Assembly: GCA_051453625.1 (NCBI GenBank)
Contig: JBOZIK010000001.1
Span: 2,494,622 to 2,558,621 of the forward strand
Source: Welwitschia mirabilis
Lineage: Eukaryota
DNA length: 64,000 bases
Direction: 5' to 3'
The notes under the pieces are model-generated. The model searched no databases and was not told where the DNA came from. It saw only the letters and a list, made by a program, of their open reading frames with translations. The stretch's first letter is position 1. The number at the start of each line of letters is the position of its first letter. This document shows positions 14,469-27,875 of this stretch, piece by piece. Position numbers and translations under genes: made by a program.

Positions 14469-15673
14469 TGTTAACATGTAAGAACTAATATTTATGTTAA
14501 GTGTTTTAGACCAATTTATTGTAAACAAGGATATTAATTTAATTTTTAATCACAAAATATTTTTTCTATTTTTTTTAAAAATAAAATTTAGTATTATGTT
14601 TTTATCATGATAATTATAGATCTCTAGCCACATTTTAAAGAACATGATAGAAGATTAATATAATTCTGCATAAAACAACGACGACAATAGAGACATGAGG
14701 TGGTGACATGTAGTAGTAGCATTGGAAAATGTGTGGTAAAGGCATGTAGAGATGGCATTAAAGGTATGTGGTGATACAACAATTGGTAGAGGGATCTGAC
14801 TCCAGAGGACATGTGTTGAACTCATCATGATGAAGATTCAACCTAATGCTATTTGAAGAACCTTATTAAATACTATAAAATAACCTCCACCACATGCTAA
14901 ATGATGAATATTCCATTTAATTCTAGGAGATAGAATATTATCTACCTAACACTATAAGATAATCTTTATCAAATGCTACAAAATAGGATCTTATTTACTT
15001 AATACTAAATGATAAAGATTCTACTTAATGCTATAAGCTAAGAGGTTGTAACCATTCCCCACCTTTAGCTCTACCTATAAAAGGGCCTTGAACCATTTAT
15101 TATATTCATCTTTGGCTTAGAGAATTGTAAAACCTTGGATCATTGACTTGTAATGGCTTTCTAAGTAACTCTTTAAGGGAGTAAGCTAGTCTTTTAGGAT
15201 TGCTTAGAAGTTTATTTTAGTTGAATTAGTTTCTTTTAATCACTTAGTTTAAGTCTTTTAATTTTATAGATCTTAAGTACTTAAAATCCTTACTTTCTAT
15301 TATTATTTTAAGACTATATTAATTGAATTCATCATTTCTCATATGGTGAATGATATTATGCCCCATGACTTACACCAAAAGTATTTGATGGTTTTAAACA
15401 TGTTGCAAGACGGATATTGGACAATATTGGAGTGAAGACTAGCTTAAGGATAAATTCGTGATACTTTGAAGCTACTTTTCTTCCCTCCTTTATTAAGATG
15501 AAGTTCAAATCAATCTTAAACATCATCTCTCTATATTTATTTTCTAAAATTTATAACTTTTATTAAGCTTAACTTAGGTTAATTGTAAATCTAAACCCAT
15601 CTTCTCCTTGAGGAAGAATGATAGCTAAGTGTAAACTTAGCTTTAAATCCAGTCCATTATACTACACCAAATA
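14469..15673 (+). repeat. 3' LTR of the Athila-like element
   Basis: Colinear with 3338-4670, lacking an internal segment of roughly 120 bp; preceded by a purine tract. Confidence 0.8.
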
Positions 15674-17732
15674 ACCCCCTTGGGTATTTCATTTCTTCAT
15701 CTCTTAATTCAAGGATTTTCTTGTGATGATTGGAGCCTCACTTAAAAAGGTTCATCTAGCTTATGAGAATCATTTTCTTAGTCTCACTCTATATCATTAG
15801 CATTAAGGTACTATTTTTCATAAAGGATGTAAGCATATTTGTTATTTAATTGATAATAAAGTATGAATTTTTCTTTTTTTTATTTCTACTTTAGTTTCCA
15901 TGGTGTATTTATTCAACGATTTTAAAACATTGAAAGTGATATGTTATGATTTTAGAGGGCCAACTTAGGTGATGATAAGTTGGTAAAATTGATTAATTAA
16001 TTGCATTAGGATTACACTTCATTATTGTGTTTATTTCATTTGCATCTTTGCATAAACAGTTATGTTATTAATTTTCATTTTGCATTTCTAAATTGAAAAG
16101 GCCAAAAATATATTCATCCTCTTTCTCTCTTGCTATCTCTCTCTTCTTCATGAATCAAATTTTCCAACTCATTTTGTTCTAGGTGTATGATATTTAAATT
16201 AACTCATCCTATATTATATTTCATGTATGAGGGGTGTTATGTATTAAATATTTTAGGCTTATAATTAAATAAAGAAGTTAAATTGAATCACACATTACAC
16301 ACTTTAATAAAAGATAAAGAACATGTTTTTCTTTATTACTCTCAAACTTCTTCATTAAGAAAAAAATAATACATAATTGTAAAGAATTTATGTGCTTATT
16401 TTCAACTGCCTCCACATTGTCTTGGTGATTATTTTGAGATTGTATTTAAATTATGTTAAATTTTAGCCTTTTCCATTCCATAGATCTTAAGAGTCTATAT
16501 GGATGTAATAAAATTTTCCATTTTGATTTTCATATTTGCAATTTCATAGATTACAACATTGTAGTTTTACATATTTATAGTTTCATAGATCTGATTAGTT
16601 TTTCATTTGCTACCTTTTCTAAATGTCTAGTAAAAAATGATAAAGAATATTATCTAGTAATAAATAACATAACAATTAACAAATTGACATTATTATGATA
16701 AAATGAAAACATATATATCAAGCATAAAACTAATTGTTATTTCAAAAATTGAATGGAAGATGATTGTAACAAAAATCAAACATCTTAAACTTACGGTAAA
16801 GGATTTCATTACATAAATGAAATATTTAGTAAATCATAAAGGATATTAAGATCTTTTATTTTTAATGAGATTAAAAAAATTTAAACTCTAATGCTTCTAT
16901 TTTTATAGAGTGTAAATAATTCTTAAGCATTCATCTCTTAATCACTAACCTAATACATTTTTCATGTATTCAACATTTAAAAGTAGATGAAGCTTTAAAT
17001 GAATATGTTCATTGATCTCTCCATCTTGTTATTATAAGGGATTTTCATCCTTTGTAGTAGTAATAAAGATTTTTTTAATATAGAATAGCACAAAAAATAA
17101 AGTAAGATTTTCAATGTAAAAATCAAGAAAGATGTGATGCTTTTACCAATATCTCAAAACTTTTATTAGTTACTTCTCAAAACATATTTAAGTGATAGAA
17201 TATGAACATAAAATAATGTGCTTTAGTGATGACTGAAAATAAGTAATTATGTCCTTTATGTGTTAAAATAATTTAGAAAAAAAAATCAAATTTTATAATA
17301 ATTTCCTCTATTACAGAAGTAGACATATATTAGATAATGATAATTAGGATGATTACACCTACTTTAAAAAGAGCTATGAAATTATAGAAAGTTTATTTGA
17401 AATAGTGAAAATATAGAATATAATTTTTCTTCTTTAAATATAAATTTTTTTAATTAAACCTATTTATAAATAATGATGGAATAGAACTTCTTTTAAATCT
17501 TAATAATAAGTTATCCCTTTCATCTACAGAAACATGTAAATAAATCAAAAGGATACCTTTAGAGAAGGTAGAAAATATAGAAGGCCTATATGAAGAAATG
17601 TTAAAGTTAGGTATAAATCTTAATTAAAAATAAATTTAGAAAAAACCTTGATCATGCATTAGAGTTTAGATTAGATAGAGAATGGTTTATTAATAGGGTT
17701 ATTACTATTAAAAACCTGATTTTGTAGAAGTT

Positions 17733-17809
17733 CTCTGATACCATGTTGGAAGTTTGAGTGCACAGAAGCACTCTAAATATCATGTTGGAAATTTAAATGC
17801 ATGGAAGTA
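17733..17809 (-). repeat. 2 tandem ~38-39-bp units of LTR end + tRNA-Met PBS
   Basis: ctctgatacca-tgttggaagtttgagtgcacagaagca / ctctaaatatca-tgttggaaatttaaatgcatggaagta. Confidence 0.8.
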
Positions 17810-19268
17810 AAATAAATCATAAAAATTCTTTTTGATTATATTAGTAGTTAGTGTACCAGCGATTTATGTGAAAACAATTTAAGAAAATTACTAAAGTTTT
17901 AGCTTGATATGTAGTAGTAGAAAAAAAGAAGTAAAAAGTGGAAATCAAACCTTATGTTATATATAAAATGTTTAGTAATGGTTAATTAAATAAACAAGAA
18001 TGGGATGAGTGGGCTAAGAGGGGAGTGAATGTAAAGCACAAGAGGAGCTAGGGTTCTGAAGACTTTGGATCAGCAGGGATGATTTCAGTTCTAGGAAGTT
18101 GTGATATGCAGGGAGCAATATCAACCACTAGATAGACTCACTTCAGTAAGTTGTGGAATTTTACTATTACTTCTACATTAATTTGATTTAGGATTTAAAA
18201 AGGGGATTATTCCCAAAGATGAATAAGACCTAGTTCTTCAAGGAAGAAAACCCCTAGTTTTAAATATTGATAAAGGTGCATGCTCGGAGATAGAGAAGAA
18301 AATTCAATATAGTTTAATTGGCATTTCATCTGGTTCAACACCTACACTTGATCAATAAAAGAATGAATAGCTACAAAATGGATGAGGGTTAGTAAATTTA
18401 ATGTCATACTATGTCGAAAGGTTTAGTGCTTTTTCAATTAGACAATGAATAAGATCGGGATGAGGTTATTATAAGAGGATCCTATTTTTTTTTTTAGTGA
18501 GGGGGCGTGCCCTAGTCAAATGGATGTTGGAAATGGAATTGAACCCAAACCTATTTAGAAAACTGCAAATAGGAAAATAGCATCTTAGTTGGTGAGCTTA
18601 TAATATTGGATAGAATAACCATTAAGCAAATAAAGTTGTTCCTTGCTAGATTTTACATTTAAATGAGTTAGAATATATAAAGAAGATACAATATATAAAG
18701 TTCAAATATAAATGGGGCACATATGACCTTTAAGTTACCTACGAGAACCTATCAGTTTGATATAAAATTTTTGAAAATCTAAGAATATCTTAAAGAGATG
18801 TATTACTATAGAGAAGAGATGTTTCGAATATGGGAGAATGGGCCATGTAATGGAAGAATGCAGAAAAAGACTTATTGATATTAAAGAAAAACAAAAAGAA
18901 ACTTGTTCCTTGTGTGGAAAATTTAGTCATAATTAGAGCAACTATCAACATAAATAAAAGAAGGAAAAAATGATGAAGAAAAATAGTATCTTCCCCAAGG
19001 AATACAAGGACCACAAGGAAACTAAGAAATAGGAGAGAAAGTACAATTCCTTCCAACCTCTAATGGAGGAAAAGAACACTTAATAACCTTAAAATTTACT
19101 AAAAATAAAAGAGTCAAATGATGTAGAAGTTTAGATAAGAGGAAGATCTAGTAATAAAATCCTATAAGAAAGGGAAACTATAGAGAATGTAACTAATAGT
19201 TCCCAAGCTACAATTGAAGATACTCTAAAGAAAGGTTAAGTTCCTAAGAAGAAATAAAAATAAACCTA

Positions 19269-22200
19269 ATGGATTGTCTCTCTTAGAATTGTATGAAGAC
19301 CCTAAAAAATCTTATCAGTTAATTTAATATTAAATTAATTTACTTACAAGAAACAAAAATCCAGGATGATATGAAACTAGGGTATGAGTGAAACATCTTT
19401 ACCTCTACAGCTCAAGGAAACTTAGAAGGCCTCAGGATTCTTAGGAATAAGGAGGCTGAATTAGTTAACAGTAGTAAGAATAACTTAACTATTTTTATTA
19501 NNNNNNNNNNNNNNNNNNNNNNNNNNNNNNNNNNNNNNNNNNNNNNNNNNNNNNNNNNNNNNNNNNNNNNNNNNNNNNNNNNNNNNNNNNTCAAAGTAAA
19601 TCATCATGGAGGACTTTAGTCAATGCCTACACCATTGGAAAAAAATAGGAGGTAAAAACTAGAATTCTAAAGAAGCTTCAATTCTCAAAGATTTCATGGT
19701 TTAGAATGCTCTTTCAGATATCCCTCTTATAGGATGTAAATATACCTAGTTTAACATAAGAATAGGAAGCAATCTGATAATGTTCAGAATTGATAGAATT
19801 TTCATTGAAAAGGACCTAACAAAGCTTCTAACCAAAGCTTATGGATTGAATAGAATAGCCTCAGATCACTATCCAATCAAATACAAAATGAAGGCAATAA
19901 TGTCCTAGAGGACTCCATTTCATATGGAATATTATTGAATTACAAGGATAGAAACTAGAACTCTAATAGAAAAAATTCGAAGCCAATACAATGGTACTCA
20001 TCATCTAACCTTTCTCTATAGAGGCCTAAACATCTTAAAAGCTCATATAAATGATTAGAGGAGAAAAAATAAAGAAAAATTTAAATATAAAAAAGACCTA
20101 AAGGAAGAGATCTAGAGAATCCAAACTGAGTAAAAAAAGGAAGAAGATCAAGGATTAAGTGGCTTAAGGAGGGGGACAAACACACCAGGTTTTTCTTTTA
20201 CTAGCTTGACCAACACAAAGATGATAATAGAATCAAGAGGTTAATCATCAAAGACCATGTTGTTTAAATTAAATAAGAAATAGGTAATGAAATGCAGGCT
20301 CATCTCTATAGAATATGAGAATGAGATGATATTACCCTTAACCTTATTCAAGAAAATAAGAGAATCTCCAATGAAAATAACTCCCACCTTACTAAACCTC
20401 TAGATAGAGAAAAAACTTAGTCAATAGTAAGGTTAATAAATTTTAATAGAGCTCTAGAAGTAGATAGTTGGTTAGTCAAACTTTTCAAGTATTACTTCTC
20501 TATTTTTGGGGACAACCTTTAAGATGTTATGTAGAGTATCCTTTACAACAAATGCATTCCCAAGGAAATAAATAGAACCAAGGTTATTTTTATTTCTAAA
20601 AAAGGAAACGTCAATAAACTAGAGGACTTTATACTTTTTGGTAGATCATATTACGCTCTTACTCTCTAAGATGATCTCTAAGAACCAAGTAGGCTTCATC
20701 TGATCTAGATATATTTAGAACCAAATTCTTTTAACTTATAAAATTATACATTTAATTAAAAAATACAAATTTCCTCTTCTTATTGCTAAATTAGATATAT
20801 TAAAAGCTTATGATTTAGTGAGTTAATAAGCTTTAAGATGTATTCTCAGGAAAATTGAATTTCACCAAGGCATTATCAATCTTTCATTAGACATGCAAGC
20901 TTCAACTAAATTTAGTGTGAAGATTAATAACCATAAATCTAAGTTTTTCTTAGTTTGCTGAGGATCAAGATAAGAGAACCCCTTATTCTCTTATCTTTTT
21001 CTATTTGTTATAGACCTTATATAGAGTTTTTTAAAAAGAAATAAGATATTTGGTATTAAGATAGGAGGTCAAACTTTCATTAATAACCATTATGAAGATG
21101 ATATAATCATCATGACCAAAGCCTTATGTCAGTAAGCAAGAGTCATTAAGAATTTCATGAACCTTTTTGTAGAAGCTACAGGTCTTCATATCAACTAAAG
21201 TAAAACTAGAATTTATACCTTAGGTATAAATAGTATTAGATGGGATGAAAACGTCAGAATATTGAATACTAAAATTAGTGNNNNNNNNNNNNNNNNNNNN
21301 NNNNNNNNNNNNNNNNNNNNNNNNNNNNNNNNNNNNNNNNNNNNNNNNNNNNNNNNNNNNNNNNNNNNNNNNNNNNNNNNNNNNNNNNNNNNNNNNNNNN
21401 NNNNNNNNNNNNNNNNNNNNNNNNNNNNNNNNNNNNNNNNNNNNNNNNNNNNNNNNNNNNNNNNNNNNNNNNNNNNNNNNNNNNNNNNNNNNNNNNNNNN
21501 NNNNNNNNNNNNNNNNNNNNNNNNNNNNNNNNNNNNNNNNNNNNNNNNNNNNNNNNNNNNNNNNNNNNNNNNNNNNNNNNNNNNNNNNNNNNNNNNNNNN
21601 NNNNNNNNNNNNNNNNNNNNNNNNNNNNNNNNNNNNNNNNNNNNNNNNNNNNNNNNNNNNNNNNNNNNNNNNNNNNNNNNNNNNNNNNNNNNNNNNNNNN
21701 NNNNNNNNNNNNNNNNNNNNNNNNNNNNNNNNNNNNNNNNNNNNNNNNNNNNNNNNNNNNNNNNNNNNNNNNNNNNNNNNNNNNNNNNNNNNNNNNNNNN
21801 NNNNNNNNNNNNNNNNNNNNNNNNNNNNNNNNNNNNNNNNNNNNNNNNNNNNNNNNNNNNNNNNNNNNNNNNNNNNNNNNNNNNNNNNNNNNNNNNNNNN
21901 NNNNNNNNNNNNNNNNNNNNNNNNNNNNNNNNNNNNNNNNNNNNNNNNNNNNNNNNNNNNNNNNNNNNNNNNNNNNNNNNNNNNNNNNNNNNNNNNNNNN
22001 NNNNNNNNNNNNNNNNNNNNNNNCTAAATTAAAGATTATCTTAGAAAATTCATGCGTAATCTCTTATTTTAGATACATAGATTTTGTTATCACCCCCTTC
22101 CATCCCTTTATCTCCCTCTCTCCCTAGTGAACATCATTCAAAAAATCAAGAGAATTCTGAAGGAATTAATTTTATCAGAAGGCAAAGATTAAAATCATAC

Positions 22201-22700
22201 TAACCTATGCAAATGGAATATAATAGCCCACCCTAAGGAGTTTGGAGGCTAGGGTATCTAGAAGCTAAAGAACTATCTCCTCATAGGAGTTCATAGGATC
22301 TTTAAGAGTCTTTATAAGGGAGGGCGACTATGGAGTGATTTAATCAATTATAATTATTCTAGTTAAAGCATCATTGATGAATAATCTTATCTGAGAAAAC
22401 ACATCAATAGAGCTAGAAGAAATCAAATAAAATTAAACATATGCATTAAAGATATACCCAAGTAAATCCTTCTTAAAAAATATGGGAAAGATCGCATATT
22501 TAAGAAATTATAAAAGGTCTAAATTCCAAATAAAATCAAGTTATTCTACTAGTTGAAGAATATAACAGAATCATCACAAGAAACTAGTTGCACGCAAGGG
22601 GCTTTCAAGTTAAAAATTCTTATCCAATCTTCTAGTCTTATCTCTAATTTCCTCTTTCATCAATGAAAATGGATTAAGTAGTTAATGATAATTAGGATGA
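19269..22700 (+). pseudogene. LINE ORF2 remnant (APE endonuclease + reverse transcriptase)
   Basis: Ordered EN and RT motifs as listed for the LINE; spans two N gaps; end approximate. Confidence 0.85.
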
Positions 22701-22760
22701 GTTACTATAATTGATTTAATTTTCAATAGTACCCTCCTAATTCCCTTTCCCAATAAATAT

Positions 22761-24261
22761 TTTTAGATTCTGTTTCACCAATTGATGTCAAACTAATGTT
22801 TTTTGTATAACAAATTTTATGTATCTTATGCAGAAGATGTTAATTACTTTTAGGTCAAAAGATAAAACTAAAACCATCAATTTCTGAGCACTAAAAACCT
22901 ACTAGTTCTTTTATTCTCTCAAGGGGTCTACTAGATTTTTAAGGGGTCAACTGCATCTAAAGCAGACAGATAATGAATTACACCTAGAGGAGTCAACTGA
23001 ATTCCTTATAGCGTCGACTAGACCTATAACCTCAAGAACCAGTGTCCCTGAACCAAATAGAAAGGGGTCGACTAGACTTTTATAGGGTCCAGCAGATTTT
23101 AGAACCTAATAAACAGTATCCCTAGATAAATGGTAAGGAGTCTATTGGACTTATGATGGAGTTAACTAGATCTATAAACTAAGGAACAGTACTCTTAAAC
23201 TGATTATCAAGGAGTCGGCCAGACCTATGAGGGAATCGACTAGATCTGAGCATTGTGTAGCCAACACACCTGAGTCAATCATCATGGGGTTGATGAGACC
23301 CAAATGGAGTCAACCAAACAGGAAGCCATAAGAAATTGGATTGACTGAATTTCTCACTCAGATAACTTGTGTAAGTCATGGCATCATATGGGGTCGACCA
23401 GACTTTTTAGGAATTGACCAGATAGAATGGAAGAAAAATTTTCTAATTGTTATGTATCTATTATGTAGTCATCAGGTAGCTATTTTCTAACCATGTACAG
23501 TTATTGGAAGTGCATTTCAAATGTAATAAACCCTAAAAGCCTTCCAATATAAATAGCAAAGACGTAGATGATAAAATAGTCTTTTGGAATTATTTTCAAT
23601 TAGGTGAATCTATTGGATATGAAGGATCAAGCATTATAATCTTGTAACTTTTACTATTGTATCTTGGCATCTATATTTTTGATTAAAGAAGATCTATTAA
23701 CTATATCATCCTACATTCAAGGTTAGGTCCTGTGCTTCATTCATTTTACATGTATAAAAGAAGAGATCCATCAAATCTACTAAATCAAGAAAAAGTGATA
23801 TTTGTGCTCTATTGGTATTATTACATTACTACTTTGCTTTATGAAAGGTTGAGATAAAGCTTTGAAAAGTACATTCAAAGGTTGAAACTAAGCCTTAAAA
23901 AGTCCATTTAGACATTGAGAGTAAGACTAGAAAAGTCTATTTGTAAAGGTTATAAGTAAACCTCGAATACCTAGTGGAGTAACAAAGATCTGATATCTAG
24001 CTTAGAGATAAGCTGATCGTTGAGAGTGAAGTAGGAGGTTTTCTAAACCATTATAAATCTAGTGTGAATCTATTTGATATTTTTTGTGCTTTCAGTCATT
24101 ATTCGTTTACTCCTATTATTTTCCTATTTCATACACATTTTGAATTAGTTAATTTTTGTATGCAAGATTTATTTAAGATTAGGTTCATTTAGATTATTGT
24201 ATTGCATCTTTTTAAAAGAACCTATTCACTCCAAACCCCTCTAGGATTCTCAATCCTATCA
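22761..24261 (+). repeat. 5' LTR of the Sirevirus
   Basis: Colinear with 28510-30750; ends cctatca immediately before the PBS. Confidence 0.9.
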
Positions 24262-24326
24262 TTTGATATCAGAGCTAGGTTAAGTCTTCTTTAGATTTTA
24301 ATCAATTTTAACCTTAGAACTCTAAA

Positions 24327-26320
24327 ATGAGTAATCCATATGATGGTTTTTCCATCAATTATTCACCTATGTTTGACGGGTTAAACTATGCTTATTGGAA
24401 AGCTAGGATGAGAATATTTCTTAGATCTTTAGATGCTGACATAGATGAAGTCATCTATAAAGATTACATTGTGCCTATATTAATCCAAACTAATGTTAAT
24501 GATAATAATATCTTAGTTCCCAAAGCCTAAGACCAATGGACCGCCATCGACAAGCCAAAAACCATCATAGATTCTTGTGCCCTTAATGCCATATTTTGTG
24601 CATTTTGTACAGATGAGTTTAAGCACATAGTAAACTATAACCATGCTAAAGAAGCTTGGGACATTCTTAAAGTAGTACATAAAGGAACCTCAACTATAAA
24701 ACAAGCTAAACTCCAAATTCTTATTTTAAAATTTGAAGATATCCATATAGATTAAGAAGAGACATTGTAGAAATCTTTTGCTAGACTCACTGATATCATA
24801 AACTCTATGGAAAGCCTTGAAGAATGCTTGGATATAAAAAAAGTAGTAAGGAAATTTTTGAGCTTCCTATCCAAAATTTGAACCAAAGGTCATAGCCATC
24901 GAAGAGAGCAAGAACATAAATGCAATGGCAGTGGAAGAATTTTAAGGCAATTTGCAAACCTATGAGCTTTACTTTGTAAAGGATTAAAAGCAAGATATTG
25001 CTTTAAAATGTGTGCAAGAAGACTATAGATCTGAAAGATCAGATGAAGGCTTGAAAATGATGAAGTGGCTCTCCTAGCTAGAAGATTCAAAAAATTTCTT
25101 CATAGGAAGAAAAAAGAAGGAGAATCAAGTAGAAATGCAAAAAGAAGTCATCTGAAACATAGAAAGAAGAAAGAAAAGGATAAAGGAATCCAATTCTACT
25201 CATGTAAACAATTTGGTCATATGAAAAATGAGTTCTCCAACACAAGAAGAGATAATAAGAAATTAAAGAATCCCTCTTTTATTAGCACATGAGATAACGA
25301 AGATGATATAAGCTACTCAGATCAAGAATCAGATAGAGAAAGAAGGTTGTCTTTTATGGCTTTTATGCCATCACTCAAAGATGTTTTTAGCATGTCAGAG
25401 CTTGATGATTTGGACATGATCAATAAAAAAGAGGATGAGCTAGAAGATACATGTCAAAAATTGTATGATAAATGTGAAAAGCTAGCTAAGAGAATAAATG
25501 ATTTGAATAGAGTGGTAAAGACTATTACCAAAGAAAAGGAGGAATTGGAAGTGAAATACAATGTGCTAAAATCTGATAATATCATTTTAATTTATTAAGT
25601 AAAATATCTTTTTTTTGTAATTAAATTCTCTGGTAGTTATTCTAAATTGGAACAAATGATTGAAGTGCGAAAACCTATTGGATACAGATTAGGTATTGGC
25701 TTTAGTATACAAAAATCACAAGAATAGGTAAATTGGAAAAGCAAGTATGCTTCTAAACTTTCATGTAATTTTTATGGTGAATTTGATCATTCAAAGATTT
25801 TTTGTAAAATTAAACAATTAATGCTTTTTTTTAGAAACTACAAATACTTTACCGTTTAAATTTATCCTTAAGAAAAGTATACCACCCAAGTCTAATAAGA
25901 CTAAGTAGGTTAGATCTAATAATCTCCAAATTTTTCTAACATAGATAGCTCTTAGAGAGCCGAGTACAAATACTTGGTATCTAGACAGTGGATTCTTAAG
26001 GAATATGTCTAAATAAAGATTAATTTTTTAGTACCTAAAGAGTATAAATAGAAGAGAAGCCATTTTTTGAAACAATGAAAAGGCAAGGATACAATGTATA
26101 GGTTGAATCAAGAGAGGTAAGTTTCTTAAACTTGATGATGTACTTTATGTAAATAGGTTGAAACATAATTTATTGAGCATTAGTCAATTACGTGACAAAG
26201 GGTAAAAGTAATCTTTGAAAAATTGAAATGCGAAGTTGTAGATTAGAAAACAAATGTTTCTATATTTACTGTAAAATGAGTAGATAATATTTATAGAATA
26301 GATACTTATTTAATCAATCA
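24327..26320 (+). pseudogene. Sirevirus gag and protease remnant
   Basis: MSNPYDGFSINYSPMFDGLNYAYWKARMRIFLRSLD; ALLARRFKKFL; FYSCKQFGHMKNEF knuckle; protease WYLDSGFLRNMS (~25975) and LKHNLLSISQL (~26158). Confidence 0.88.
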
Positions 26321-26835
26321 GTTAATTTATACAAACTACAACATGCTAAAAAGAAATGTTAGCCTAAATATTACTAAAACTAAATGTTTATTGAAGAATT
26401 CTAATGTAACACCATATGTCTATAATTTAATTATTAATCAGGAAAACAAAATGGGGGTTCAGTCATCATCCTTTGGCTGATTGCAAGGTGGTCGACCAGA
26501 TCTATGATTTGGTCAATCAGATGTGTTTAGTCAGCTGGACTGAAATCCTGGTTGCTCAGACCCCTTTTAGTACTATAGACCTACATCTCAATGGATCAAC
26601 TAGAATCTTAAGCAGTCAACTGAACCTGACAGATCACAGTGCAGAAGTACCATTGGTGGACCTGAATTATTTCTTTATTTTGCATAGTTTATAAAATAAA
26701 AAGGACCGTAAATCAATTTTCTTATGTTCTAGCCTTCTTCATATCTCAAAGATAGAGCTTTTCCTTTAAGAACCAGAGCCTTGCTCTTAGATCTAGTGAC
26801 TTTCTCTCTATTTTCTTACTTGCAAAGATTTTGAA

Positions 26836-27875
26836 ATGGCTAAAAGATCATCGAGAAGGAGAATAAAAGAAGCTTCTTCAAGGGATCTAGCTATTTTCTA
26901 CTAAGAAATGTCTAAGAAAGATATTGACAAGTTCTCAAAGAAGTTTGAGAAGAGACCAGTATGTCAGGAGTGGTCAGTAGCAACTTCGGCACTTAAAGAA
27001 CTCAAGAAGTTGTTCAACTCTTAAGAAATTAAGATCTTGAATACTTTTTAGATGTTTCTAACTATGCTTTCTCATTTATTACTTGAATGTTTTACTATAA
27101 TGCTTCTTATGATCGTGACTTTAGAACCCTTGAAACCATCTTTTTGTGGAAGTGGCTAAGAATAATATCCAATATTATTTCTTAGCTGATTAATCTTCCA
27201 AGGGGTGATTATGAAGAGTTTTATCCTCGTTAAGACACTATAGAAGATAAGCCTACTATCATCAGGGAGATTTATGATAAGGTCCATTCTTAGGAGAATA
27301 CCCTTTCTACTTCATTATTGACACCAAAATATCATTTTCTCCACTTGATTTTTACTTATAACTTTTTACCTTTAGCTGGATGTCATGATAAGGATGCCTA
27401 TTATAGAGTCTATCTGATGTATTTGGTAGGGCCTGAGCATTCTATTAATGCTCCTACCATAGTACTAAAGAATATGGTCTCACAGCTGGAGTACCATAAG
27501 ACTTGGGCTTTATCCTACTCTGTGCTCATTACAAGTTTGTGCCATCATTTTCATATTACCTTTCATCTAAAACTAGAGATCCTTTAGCCTATGACATCCA
27601 TTGGTCATGAAACCCTATCTCATATATACATTTTTTCTTTATCTAAGAAATATTTGAAGTCTCTCTCTCCAAAGGAAGGCTCTCTTGATGAAATCCTTTT
27701 ATATCTAAGACAAATTCATTCTTGTACTAGATACATGAAGGAATCACTCATAACAACTGGTTATGATATTGCTAACACCTCAGTAGAGGCAATTAGCTCA
27801 ACTTGCAAAGGAGGTGATAAAGAAGATTCAAAGGAAGATTCTGAAGAAGAAGAAGAAGAAAAAGAAGAAGAATAA
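26836..27875 (+). pseudogene. Sirevirus env-like/extra ORF remnant with acidic tail
   Basis: ATG at 26836; MFYYNA..LINLPRG; LHLIFTYNFLPLAG..INAPTIVLKNM..LSYSVLITSLCHHF; ends EEEEEEKEEE. Position upstream of the multi-PPT region is typical of Sireviruses. Confidence 0.7.

Larger units (their letters stand above)
3338..15673 (+). mobile_element. Athila-like Ty3/Gypsy LTR retrotransposon, non-autonomous (gag + protease remnants only)
   Basis: Homologous LTRs at 3338-~4670 and 14469-~15673, both starting tgttaacatgtaa. Near-matching TSD accac (3333-3337) / acccc (15674-15678). Decayed Athila-type PBS tttctttgttgttgttagga (~4671-4690). PPT-like agaataaatagagggtg before the 3' LTR. Gag and protease motifs inside. 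Confidence 0.8.

Noticed and set aside
21262..22032. Long ORFs of 249-256 aa (also 46236-47136)
   Set aside because: Almost entirely X residues from N gaps.
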